Origin: Acetobacter sp.
GTDB lineage: Bacteria; Pseudomonadota; Alphaproteobacteria; Acetobacterales; Acetobacteraceae
Assembly: GCA_017474285.1 (NCBI GenBank)
Contig: JAFVHT010000034.1
Span: 9,952 to 73,951, forward strand
DNA length: 64,000 nucleotides
Direction of reading: 5' to 3'
A model generated the notes under the pieces. That model made no database searches. It was not told the DNA's origin and saw nothing but the letters and a program-made list of their open reading frames with translations. This document shows positions 1 through 8,467 of the stretch, one piece after another. The position numbers were made by a program, and so were the translations under genes. Within the stretch, counting starts at the first letter, position 1. The number at the start of each line of letters is the position of its first letter.

Positions 1-395
1 CTGAGAATATCGAAATTAAGTCTGTTGTGGGGCGTTTTTTAGAACATGCGCGTATTTTTGTGTTTGGGAATGGGCATCGTTTACCGTCTCGTCACGCACG
101 TGTTTTTATTTCTTCGGCAGATTGGATGCCGCGTAATATGGATCGACGTGTAGAAAGTATGGTGCCTATCACAAATCCGACTGTTCATGCGCAAGTATTG
201 GATCAGATTATGGTGGCAAATATTCGTGATAATTTACAATCATGGGTTTTGGAAAAAGCAGGTGTTTGGCAACGTTTAAGCCCTGGAGATATGCCTTTTT
301 CTTGTCATGAATGGTTTATGACACATCCTTCTCTTTCTGGGCGTGGGTCAGCAGCGTTTGAAACGGCGTTAATGCCGTCGTTACCGTCAGAATAA
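1..395 (+). CDS. ppk: polyphosphate kinase 1, C-terminal fragment (5' end lies outside the window)
   Basis: The frame is open from the window edge (same frame as ORF 27..395). The translation [24 protein letters not shown]...[16 protein letters not shown] matches conserved PPK1 C-terminal motifs. ppx follows directly. Confidence 0.85.
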   Translation, partial: ENIEIKSVVGRFLEHARIFVFGNGHRLPSRHARVFISSADWMPRNMDRRVESMVPITNPTVHAQVLDQIMVANIRDNLQSWVLEKAGVWQRLSPGDMPFSCHEWFMTHPSLSGRGSAAFETALMPSLPSE

Positions 396-453
396 TGTAA
401 TAAAGAAATACTTATTTTTCCTGCTTGAGTAATGGGATGCTAGAGAAGTCGTT

Positions 454-1956
454 ATGCCGCGTCGATCCGCTGTTGTAGATTTGGGTTCTAACTCAGTGCG
501 CCTTGTGGTGTTTGAGGGTGTTTCTCGTAACCCTCTTCCCATCTTTAATGAAAAGGCTGTTTTACGCCTTGGTCGTGGTCTTACAAAAACAGGCTGCCTC
601 AATGAGGAGGGAGTGGCTATGGCAAAAGGCGTGATGCGTCGTTTTTATTCCATTGTTCAGGCTATGAATGCCGACCCTTTTGAAATTTTGGCAACAGCGG
701 CTGTGCGAGAAGCAAGCAATGGTTTAGCCTTTATTGAAAGCCTTCAAGAGTTTATGCCGGGTGTTTCTATTCGTGTTCTTTCTGGTAAAGAAGAGGCCGA
801 TTATTCAGCAATTGGCGTGTTATGCGGGATTCCGAACGCTCAAGGAGTTGTTGCCGACGTTGGAGGTGGGTCTCTTGAACTTATTCATCTGGCAGAAAAT
901 GGGCAGCGACGTGAGGCAACGACCTTGCCTCTTGGTATTTTGCGTTTATCAGATAGGGCAGAAGGAAATCTTGAAAAAGCGGGTCGTCTTGCAGCGCAAG
1001 ATATTAAATCCGTTTCGTGGCTTTCTCGGGGGAAAGCTGATGGACTTTCTGAAATACGTGGAGAAACACTTTATTTGGTCGGAGGCGCTTTTCGGGCTTT
1101 AGCTAAATTACAGATGGCAAGGACACAATATCCTCTTAACATTGTTCATTACTATACACTTTCTCGGCAAGAAGCCTGTGACATGGTTGAGTGGATTTGT
1201 CGTTATGAGCATCGTGGATTAGAGTGTTTCACCAATATATCACGTAGACGGATGAAAGATGTTCCTTTTGCGGCTGTGGTTTTGCAACGTTTAATCCAAC
1301 AAATCCAGCCTGATCGTGTGGTGTTTTGTGTCGATGGGTTACGTGAAGGGTGGTATATGCTTCGCGTTGCTCCTTCTGATTGTCTTCATGACGATCCGAC
1401 AGAGGTAGTTGCGCAAGAGATGTGTGCCCGTCTTGGGCGGAGTACTACACTGCCCCTTGCTTTACGAAAATGGACAGATTCCCTTATCAGAGGGGAAAAT
1501 GAGTGCCAAAATCATTTAAGACGTTTAGCGTGTTTGTTATCAGATATTGGAAGCCACGAACATCCAGAATATCGTGCGGAACAGACATATTGGCGTATTT
1601 TACGCCTGCAAGGGGCTGGATTTGATCACACAGCGCGCACTTGGTTAGCCTTGGTTTTGGCGATTCGTTATGCGGCAGAAAAAGAGGCATCTTTTTTAAA
1701 TACCTCGCGCGCATTACTAACACCAGAGCAATGGCAAAATGCTGTGGTTTTAGGTGTTGCTTTGAGATTGGCTTATTTTCTATCGGGCGGATCTGATGTG
1801 CTGCTTGAGGGAACATTTTTGCGCTGGGAAGGAGAAGAACTTGTTTTAGGTCTCACTTCTGATCGCGTTATTGTCAACAGTAAGGGGGTTCGTCGTCGAT
1901 TAGAACAATTAGGAGAAGTTTTAGGCGTTGTAACGCGGTTTGCTGTCTACTCTTGA
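454..1956 (+). CDS. ppx: exopolyphosphatase (Ppx/GppA family)
   Basis: 500 aa. The N-terminus AVVDLGSNSVRLVVFE and DVGGGSLEL are actin-like ATPase motifs typical of Ppx/GppA. It sits adjacent to ppk. Confidence 0.85.
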   Translation: MPRRSAVVDLGSNSVRLVVFEGVSRNPLPIFNEKAVLRLGRGLTKTGCLNEEGVAMAKGVMRRFYSIVQAMNADPFEILATAAVREASNGLAFIESLQEFMPGVSIRVLSGKEEADYSAIGVLCGIPNAQGVVADVGGGSLELIHLAENGQRREATTLPLGILRLSDRAEGNLEKAGRLAAQDIKSVSWLSRGKADGLSEIRGETLYLVGGAFRALAKLQMARTQYPLNIVHYYTLSRQEACDMVEWICRYEHRGLECFTNISRRRMKDVPFAAVVLQRLIQQIQPDRVVFCVDGLREGWYMLRVAPSDCLHDDPTEVVAQEMCARLGRSTTLPLALRKWTDSLIRGENECQNHLRRLACLLSDIGSHEHPEYRAEQTYWRILRLQGAGFDHTARTWLALVLAIRYAAEKEASFLNTSRALLTPEQWQNAVVLGVALRLAYFLSGGSDVLLEGTFLRWEGEELVLGLTSDRVIVNSKGVRRRLEQLGEVLGVVTRFAVYS

Positions 1957-2287
1957 GAGTATGAGAGTCATGAAAAGGTAATTTTAATCATCTGTGTTAT
2001 TAGGTTTTGTGCACTTGATTTATACGGCAACACATAAAACATGACACAGGAAGCCTTTGGCAGAGAGTAGCGAATTATCACTCGTATACACCTGAACTGA
2101 ATTGGGACTATCGACGCCAGATTGAAAAAAGAGCAGCCTTCTGGATGGCGTGGTTGCAAAAGCGTTTTATAACGATTGAAGTCCAAAGCCAGACCAAAGA
2201 GACAACCAAGAAAAGCCAGCCTGTAGTGCGGGCACAAACACGCCAGATCTATACAGACCTATGTCCTATCACACACACAACATCACG

Positions 2288-2311
2288 CTCTATACGGGGC
2301 TCTATACGGGT
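2288..2311. repeat. tandem direct repeat, 12 nt x2 (ctctatacgggg / ctctatacgggt)
   Basis: Read directly from the sequence. It lies about 90 nt upstream of the Abi_2 start in a non-coding stretch. Confidence 0.9.
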
Positions 2312-2353
2312 GGCAGATTAAGCCAGAAATACAAGGCTTTCACTGGTAACACG

Positions 2354-2362
2354 TGATATACT
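2354..2362 (+). promoter_or_regulatory. candidate extended -10 element (TGaTATACT) for the Abi_2 gene
   Basis: The sequence tgatatact lies about 37 nt upstream of the TTG start at 2399. I found no convincing -35 element. Confidence 0.3.
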
Positions 2363-2398
2363 GAAGCGACAAAAATTTTAATTAAAGGAATTTATATT

Positions 2399-3361
2399 TT
2401 GAAGAACTTAAAGGAAAGACCTATTCTTTCTTACGATGAACAGATCGAACATCTTAAAGAGAGAGGTATAACGTTCAATAAAAATTTTTCTGAAAATGAA
2501 GCCAAAGAATATCTTCGGTCTCACAATAATCTCTTTAGAGTAACATCGTATCGTGAAAACTTTAAGGACAGAAACCCAAATAATAAATCAAAAAAATATA
2601 ATGGACTTGATTTTTCTCATCTCGTTGACTTATCGCGAATTGATATGAGACTGCGAAGAATTATCTTTAATTTATCTTCAAATATAGAACATTATTCAAA
2701 ATTACAGCTTCTTAATTCAATAACTGAATCTTCAAACGAAAATAGAGATAGTCATAAAATTGTGAAAGACTTTATCAATTCTCTTGAAGATAGAGAAGCC
2801 AACAGATTACAGGGAGAAATAGAGAGAAACGCTAGGAATATTTATCTATCTGGGTTGTATAGAGAATATCATGAAAAATTTCCAATTTGGGCATTTCTTG
2901 AAATTATATCGTTCGGACAGTTTATCTACTTGTATAAGTTTTATACTAACAATTATGATTGTAAACTGAAAAAAGACGATTTTTATTTATTGGAAAAAGT
3001 CAAAAGGGCTAGAAACGCTGCGGCACATAATAATTGTTTTATAAATGACCTACACCCTGGTAAGAAACCATGTAAAGACGAAGAGGTTATGACAGCTCTT
3101 GCCAAAATAGGTATAAAAGAAGGTCAACGTCGTAAGAAAATGAGCAATGAAAGAATCGCTCAAATCATTACTTGCTTATATATGCATCAAAAAATTGTAA
3201 CCCATCATGAACATACAGAAATTCATTTACGTATATCTCGCAAATTACAGGCATTGAGCACGCGATTTTTTGAAAATTTCAAATATGAGTCCAATGATGT
3301 AATTCGAACCACATTTCATATGATGAAAGAAATTATTGACCATTGGTATACAATAACATAG
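2399..3361 (+). CDS. Abi_2 family (AbiD/AbiF-like) abortive-infection protein, HEPN-type
   Basis: 320 aa with a TTG start preceded by aaggaa. The N-terminus LSYDEQIEHLKERGI...SYRENF...DFSHLVDLSRIDMRLRRIIFNLSSNIEH follows the Abi_2 pattern. An RNAAAH (Rx4H HEPN) motif sits at nt 3011-3028. The gene is AT-rich relative to its neighbours. Confidence 0.8.
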   Translation: MKNLKERPILSYDEQIEHLKERGITFNKNFSENEAKEYLRSHNNLFRVTSYRENFKDRNPNNKSKKYNGLDFSHLVDLSRIDMRLRRIIFNLSSNIEHYSKLQLLNSITESSNENRDSHKIVKDFINSLEDREANRLQGEIERNARNIYLSGLYREYHEKFPIWAFLEIISFGQFIYLYKFYTNNYDCKLKKDDFYLLEKVKRARNAAAHNNCFINDLHPGKKPCKDEEVMTALAKIGIKEGQRRKKMSNERIAQIITCLYMHQKIVTHHEHTEIHLRISRKLQALSTRFFENFKYESNDVIRTTFHMMKEIIDHWYTIT

Positions 3362-3400
3362 TATGTTCTTAATAGGAGAGGATGCTACAGCATCCTTGCA

Positions 3401-3435
3401 GGGGCAGCATTCAATGAATGCTGCCCTTTGTTTTT
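3401..3435 (+). terminator. Rho-independent terminator of the Abi_2 gene
   Basis: A perfect 9-bp stem gggcagcat/atgctgccc (3402-3410 / 3418-3426) with a 7-nt loop, followed by tttgttttt. Confidence 0.7.
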
Positions 3436-3440
3436 ATATT

Positions 3441-3472
3441 AGAAAAATCACCTGTTGCAAAAAATGCAACAG
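3441..3472 (-). terminator. candidate terminator for the convergent minus-strand gene
   Basis: An 8-bp stem ctgttgca/tgcaacag with an A5 loop. On the minus strand it is followed by gtgatttttct. Confidence 0.4.
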
Positions 3473-3535
3473 TTGAAAGATGGCAGAAATCTGCGGTTTT
3501 TGGATATCCACAGAATCAGTGGATAGAGTTGTGAA

Positions 3536-4387
3536 TTAACGTCTTGGTCCCCTTGTTCTTTCTGGCTTATCTGGATTGTTTGGCTTAACAACAACAGAGC
3601 GATCTTCGTTTATTTGGAAAAGCAACAAAGATTGGTTATCGACATGGCGCACGCCAAGGAATATGACAGAACCGCCTTTTCCTGTGTAAACTTGGTGCGG
3701 GGGTATATTGATCCCTTCCATGCGTTTTCTTGAACGTTCTTGGCAATATTTGATAGCAGCCTCTTGTTCCTGTGTTGCTGCTTTTGGTGTTATTGGTTTT
3801 GTTGGTGTTGCTGTTGTGCCATTTCCACTCCGTCGCAATTCGTGAGCTCTGTCGGTTCTTTGGTTGTCCAAACGATGCCGCTCATAAGACGGCACCAGCA
3901 CTTCAGTTCGTCTGGCGTGGAAAACCAAAGTGCTGCGAGACAATGTTCGCAAGTCGTTGGCTTTTGTGGGCGATGTTTGGGGTCCAAAGCCTCCAAAGTT
4001 TTGCTGGAATGTGTCTTTTCTGATGATCCGTTGGAACTCTCTTGGGTCGTTTGTGTAGATGGGTCCTGTTCTTGTTGGCTCTCTTGGTGGTTCTCTGCCT
4101 TGGTCATCATTTGCGCCACGAGCGTGTTGGTTTCTTCTATGCGTGTTTTCCTTTCTGAGTGCGTCTAGGTTTTTGTCATCGAATTGTATATCAAGATTGA
4201 GCTTGCCAGCCAAAATAGCCGCACGCTTTTTGAACTCTTCTGATCCGTCTACATGAATAGTATTTGTGTTTTCTCTTTTGGCAGAAGCAAGCATTGCAAA
4301 GACAATCGCTGAATCTTCGACGTTGCTTTTAACAAAAAGCTCCTCTCTATCCCGCACAACGCCAGAAGACGTTTTGAAAACAACCAC
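3536..4387 (-). CDS. LPD7/KfrB-like plasmid-conjugation-associated protein, possibly a gene remnant
   Basis: 283 aa. The N-terminus FKTSSGVVRDREELFV...DSAIVFAMLASAKRENTNTIHVDGSEEFKKRAAILAGKLNLDIQFDD resembles the LPD7 domain of relaxase/polyvalent proteins. The C-terminus AAIKYCQERSRKRMEGINIPPHQVY..GSVIFLGVRHVDNQSLLLFQ resembles KfrB-type domains. The middle is low-complexity. The start is GTG with a weak RBS. Confidence 0.5.
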   Translation of the reverse strand: MVVFKTSSGVVRDREELFVKSNVEDSAIVFAMLASAKRENTNTIHVDGSEEFKKRAAILAGKLNLDIQFDDKNLDALRKENTHRRNQHARGANDDQGREPPREPTRTGPIYTNDPREFQRIIRKDTFQQNFGGFGPQTSPTKANDLRTLSRSTLVFHARRTEVLVPSYERHRLDNQRTDRAHELRRSGNGTTATPTKPITPKAATQEQEAAIKYCQERSRKRMEGINIPPHQVYTGKGGSVIFLGVRHVDNQSLLLFQINEDRSVVVKPNNPDKPERTRGPRR

Positions 4388-4529
4388 ACCTGTTTTCGTG
4401 ATATTGGTGTGGCATTTTTTAGTGCAAGATGTTCTATCTATCTATTGATAAGTAGTTGAAATTGATAAAGAGAAAGTGTATTTATTACAAATAAAAAGTA
4501 AGAATAGTCACCTCGCTTTAACTTTAGTG

Positions 4530-4730
4530 TCATGCTATCCAACCGTCTACATCTTCAAAGTCTTCATCCATATAGTCTTTCAAAGACAGATCTTTACTGT
4601 CAGCTTCTGCCGCAAGCAAGCATTGACGCTGGCATTCTTTGTCGAACTCTGCCTTACTTATAGACTTAATAGATGGTGTTTCATAGGGAACTTGAATATC
4701 TACGTGTTGATAAACAGGGATCACCGTCAT
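4530..4730 (-). CDS. small acidic hypothetical protein (66 aa)
   Basis: The ATG is preceded by aaagagg with 6 nt spacing. The C-terminus is acidic (DYMDEDFEDVDGWIA). The overlapping plus-strand ORF 4476..4736 looks like an antisense artefact. Confidence 0.45.
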   Translation of the reverse strand: MTVIPVYQHVDIQVPYETPSIKSISKAEFDKECQRQCLLAAEADSKDLSLKDYMDEDFEDVDGWIA

Positions 4731-5220
4731 GATTAACCTCTTTTATAAATGTCTTCTTAAGCCTCTCATGGGGTACATCGTTGAGAGGTGTGGGGATTAC
4801 TATCACTTTTATTTTATAGGTTTTGGCCTTAATATAACAACGTTAATCTTCAATTAGCTACCCGTATAAAGCGGGATGTTTATATATAGGCTTCTATATA
4901 AGTCTTGTTGGTGGTATTAACGTGATTGTGGAAGAAGAGTAGTCGTTTTTTTAACAATCTACAATCAAGCTATTATAGGAAAATTATCATGGGTAAAGAA
5001 ATCGACATCGACTTAGGTACAACAAATAATTGATTGCGTAAATACTAAAGATACAGATGCTTCGTCTGACGATAAGAAAAGCTGGGTGCGTCGTGCGTGA
5101 TAATTGCTGGCTCTCTACTTTGCTTCGATATTTGTGTAATATTTTGTATTTTATGGTTATTTATCATCATTCTTTGGTATTGAACGTTTATCGTAAAACG
5201 TAAGATTATGGATATAGCCC

Positions 5221-7566
5221 ATGTCTTCTGAAGAAATTATAGATCCTGTTGTTATAGATGAAACTGAGCAAGAGCGTACGTGGTTGCATTTTGTGGTGCC
5301 GCTTGTTCTTACGTGCTTGGCACTGGGGTTTATTGCGTGGGTAGGTATTAGCTCTTACAAAGCAACCAATGAAGGTGCGTTAAAACTGACGCGTGATTTA
5401 ATGGAGGCGTCTCAGCGTTATATTGGGCAGGAAGTGGGGGATTATATTATGCCCGTTTCTGCGGGGGATATGGTGGCGAGTAATATGTTGGCTTATATCC
5501 CACAGCAATTGCGGGATAAGGTTTTTTACTCGTATTGCACAACGATGTTGCAGAAAGTACCGCAACTTCAGTCCTTTTATTTAGCTAATGAGCAGGGTGA
5601 TTTTATACTTGTTACCCGTGCGCAACAGAAAAATATGTTTGACCATATCCAATTAGTGGTAAAGGGGGATCATCGATTTTTTCGTCATACATTATATGAC
5701 CTTCAAGGGAACAAAATTAAAGAATATGAACAAAGTGCTGGTCAGTATGATCCACGTAAGCGCCCGTGGTATAAAGATTCTGCAGGTGCGAAGGGGATAA
5801 AATGGGCAAACCCATTCTTTTTTCCAGCCGATAGACAGCTTGTTATGACAAGCTCTATTCGTTTTCATTCTGATGATGGACATACATTTGTTTTTGCTGC
5901 AAATATTTCACTCAATGAGTTGAGTGGCTATCTTGGCGATATTAAGATTGGGCATAATGGTAATGCTATGATCGTCGATAGCGAAGGGCGTATGATTGCA
6001 GCACGGGATATGTTGATTGTTCCACATCTTTTTTCGAGCAGATGGGCAGTAGGGCAAAAATTAACACCAGAAAGCAGATTACTTAGCCTGAATAATCATC
6101 CAATTTTTTCACTTGGATATGATCATTATCGTGTGATGGGGGCGGGGGCAGGTAATATTACATGGAAAGGTAAAACTTACATTGTTTTGTCTTCTAAGTT
6201 AGAACATTCGGCAGGTTGGGTTTTACTGATTATTGTTCCAGAAAAAGATTTTTCGAGTTTTGCCCGTCAAAGTCGTTGGCAAAGTCTTAAATTTGTTGGG
6301 ATTATTATCGTTTTTTCTACTCTATTAGGTGGGTTGTTTATTCGGCAGCTACGGCGTGCAGAGCGTGGTCTTCGTGTTGTGGCGGAACAGAAAACTCGAA
6401 TGCTGAGCGAAAGTACAGCTGTATGGCATATTGCTGTAGCGCCTAATGTCTTTAACCCTACTGTAGAGCCTACGGTGCTAACAGAACAATTAGTTCATGT
6501 GACACAGGCACGCCGTGCAAGCTTATGGCGGTTTTTACATGATGGCACTATGATGATTTGTGAAGATTCCTATGATGGTGCACAAAATACACATACAGGG
6601 GGCTTTGAAGTAGGACGTTCTGAACTTGAACAATTTTTTTCTGCTGTAGAAGAAGGGAATGTTATAGAAATTTCACAAGCGGCATCAGATGAGCGTACAA
6701 TAGCTTTTGATCGTTTGGTTATGCGTGAAATTGGTACCAGTGCCTTATCAATTTACCCTATTGTGAGTCCTCAAAGGGTAGAAGGGGTATTGGTATTGGA
6801 AGATGCCACGCCAGAACCACATCAGCAATATTTTATGGCTTTGGTGACAGCTATTGCAAGTATACGGTTTTTGGCACAAAAGCAAAGTGAGGCACAATTT
6901 TCCTTGCAAGATAAAGGGACAAAAAAAGAAAACGGAAAAGAGGGGAATACTCTTTCATCTCTACAATTTGATAACCTTTTGATGCAAGCGTCAGAACTTG
7001 ATTCTGTAAAAGGGACAAAGGTTTATGACTCTGTTGCCGTTCTTGTTATTACATTTTCTGATCCAGTTGTAGAAAATACACAAGATATTATGGATCTTTT
7101 AGAATTGATTAACCGTTTGGCAGTTGATGTTAAAACAATTGCTGAGGAAAAACAGCTTTTTGCTGTTGAATTAGCAGGGCATAGAATGATCTGTATGGCG
7201 GGGTGTACAGCACAACCTGATCTTGGTGCTATTGTACGTGTTGCCGATGCTGCACTGAAAATGCGAGAAGCGTTTATTCGTGCCTTATCCGCTGCTGATT
7301 TAGAGCCAGTTTTTGCAATGGGTATTGATTATGGTCCTGCTTTTGGGGGGAGGTTAGGACCAGAAGGTCATGTTTTTAATTTGTGGGGGCAAACAGTTTC
7401 TTTGGCGGAACTTATGGCAGAAAGTACCTCTGATCCTGGTATTATTCAAGTAACAGATCGGGTTTATACAGTATTGCGTGACCAGTATCTTTTTCGTAGT
7501 CGTGGTACATTTTTTGCTCCTTACCTTGGTATTGGGCGTGCTTATACGTTGGCGACCCGTCGATGA
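5221..7566 (+). CDS. membrane receptor: TM - Cache-like periplasmic domain - TM - GAF-like - class III cyclase-homology domain (apparently degenerate)
   Basis: 781 aa. There are hydrophobic segments near aa 20-45 and 350-375. The Cache hallmark YDPRKRPWY is present. A GAF-like stretch reads ARRASLWRF...SDERT...GVLVLED. The C-terminal 170 aa align by eye to the adenylate/guanylate cyclase catalytic domain. Confidence 0.8.
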   Translation: MSSEEIIDPVVIDETEQERTWLHFVVPLVLTCLALGFIAWVGISSYKATNEGALKLTRDLMEASQRYIGQEVGDYIMPVSAGDMVASNMLAYIPQQLRDKVFYSYCTTMLQKVPQLQSFYLANEQGDFILVTRAQQKNMFDHIQLVVKGDHRFFRHTLYDLQGNKIKEYEQSAGQYDPRKRPWYKDSAGAKGIKWANPFFFPADRQLVMTSSIRFHSDDGHTFVFAANISLNELSGYLGDIKIGHNGNAMIVDSEGRMIAARDMLIVPHLFSSRWAVGQKLTPESRLLSLNNHPIFSLGYDHYRVMGAGAGNITWKGKTYIVLSSKLEHSAGWVLLIIVPEKDFSSFARQSRWQSLKFVGIIIVFSTLLGGLFIRQLRRAERGLRVVAEQKTRMLSESTAVWHIAVAPNVFNPTVEPTVLTEQLVHVTQARRASLWRFLHDGTMMICEDSYDGAQNTHTGGFEVGRSELEQFFSAVEEGNVIEISQAASDERTIAFDRLVMREIGTSALSIYPIVSPQRVEGVLVLEDATPEPHQQYFMALVTAIASIRFLAQKQSEAQFSLQDKGTKKENGKEGNTLSSLQFDNLLMQASELDSVKGTKVYDSVAVLVITFSDPVVENTQDIMDLLELINRLAVDVKTIAEEKQLFAVELAGHRMICMAGCTAQPDLGAIVRVADAALKMREAFIRALSAADLEPVFAMGIDYGPAFGGRLGPEGHVFNLWGQTVSLAELMAESTSDPGIIQVTDRVYTVLRDQYLFRSRGTFFAPYLGIGRAYTLATRR

Positions 7567-8465
7567 CTGATTTTTCTGTTCAGCAAGGACAAGATCCAGA
7601 AGAGTTATCAGAAAATGATTCTAAACATGCGTTAGATCTATCTCAACGTAAGGAGATAGGTTTGTCTGATTTGTTGCGTTGGATACGGCGTAAACTTGCA
7701 TGGACAGGACAAACATTCCGTCGGCATATATGGTTTTTCCTTATTATGTTGGGGGGGGGCTGGGGTGTTATTTTTGAGAGTTTACGGGTACGTTCGTGGC
7801 GAAGAACTGTTCGTTACGAATTTGTAAGTACAACGAATAGCATTATTCGTAGAGGGTTGTTTTCCACCATGTTTACAGGGGTGTTAACAGGGATTGCTGC
7901 TGTATCACAGGTGATTTACTGGTTGGGGCTTACAGGGCTTGCAACAATGACGGGGTCTATTTTAATCAATATCGTGGTGCGTGAAATTGCACCTATTTTA
8001 GTTGGGGTATTGCTCCTTGGTCGTAATGGTATGTTATCAACCACGGAATTAGGCTTACTCGCTATGAACGGAGAAGTTCGTTCTATGCAGGCTATGGGTA
8101 TTGATCCTTTTTTATTGCTTGTTATGCCACGTACTCTTGCTTTTACCGTAGGCGGTTTTACATTAGGAATTTTATTTTCTTTTGCCGCTCTTATTACAGG
8201 TTATATCATAAGCCGTGTTTCTGGTGTTATTACGGCATCTGTTTGGACATTTTTTAATAATGTGACATCAGCGATCTCTCCTTCGGATTATGTGGCTATT
8301 CCCCTAAAATTTATCGCTGTTGGATTTGTTGTAGGACTTGGTGCGTGTTTAACGGGATTAACAGCGACAAATCAAGATACATTACGTTCGATATTACCGC
8401 GAAGCTTTTCACGGGGCATGCTTATTGTCATGGTTGTGAGTGTTGTGTTTAGTTTGGATCTATAA
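7563..8465 (+). CDS. MlaE-like ABC transporter permease
   Basis: 300 aa and polytopic. REIAPILVGVLLLGRNG...EL..M...GE..A....GIDP is typical of MlaE/YrbE permeases. The start overlaps the upstream stop (ATGA). Confidence 0.8.
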   Translation: MTDFSVQQGQDPEELSENDSKHALDLSQRKEIGLSDLLRWIRRKLAWTGQTFRRHIWFFLIMLGGGWGVIFESLRVRSWRRTVRYEFVSTTNSIIRRGLFSTMFTGVLTGIAAVSQVIYWLGLTGLATMTGSILINIVVREIAPILVGVLLLGRNGMLSTTELGLLAMNGEVRSMQAMGIDPFLLLVMPRTLAFTVGGFTLGILFSFAALITGYIISRVSGVITASVWTFFNNVTSAISPSDYVAIPLKFIAVGFVVGLGACLTGLTATNQDTLRSILPRSFSRGMLIVMVVSVVFSLDL

Positions 8466-8467
8466 TA

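Noticed and set aside
1968-2237. An 89-aa minus-strand ORF downstream of ppx.
   Set aside because: It has no RBS and a junk-like composition. The opposite strand shows a more protein-like but start-less remnant, so I treated the region as decayed sequence.
3740-4256. Several plus-strand ORFs (142, 83 and 65 aa; Cys/Leu-rich) and a nested minus-strand ORF overlapping the LPD7-like gene.
   Set aside because: They lie antisense to or nested within a low-complexity coding region. The compositions (runs of C, L, F, W) are typical out-of-frame artefacts, and there are no RBS or family features.
2293-4868. The 8-mer tatacggg (x2 at 2293-2311) and its reverse complement cccgtata at 4861-4868, considered as possible inverted-repeat or att boundaries of the islet.
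   Set aside because: An 8-mer is expected to recur by chance in 64 kb on two strands. There is no extended flanking similarity.
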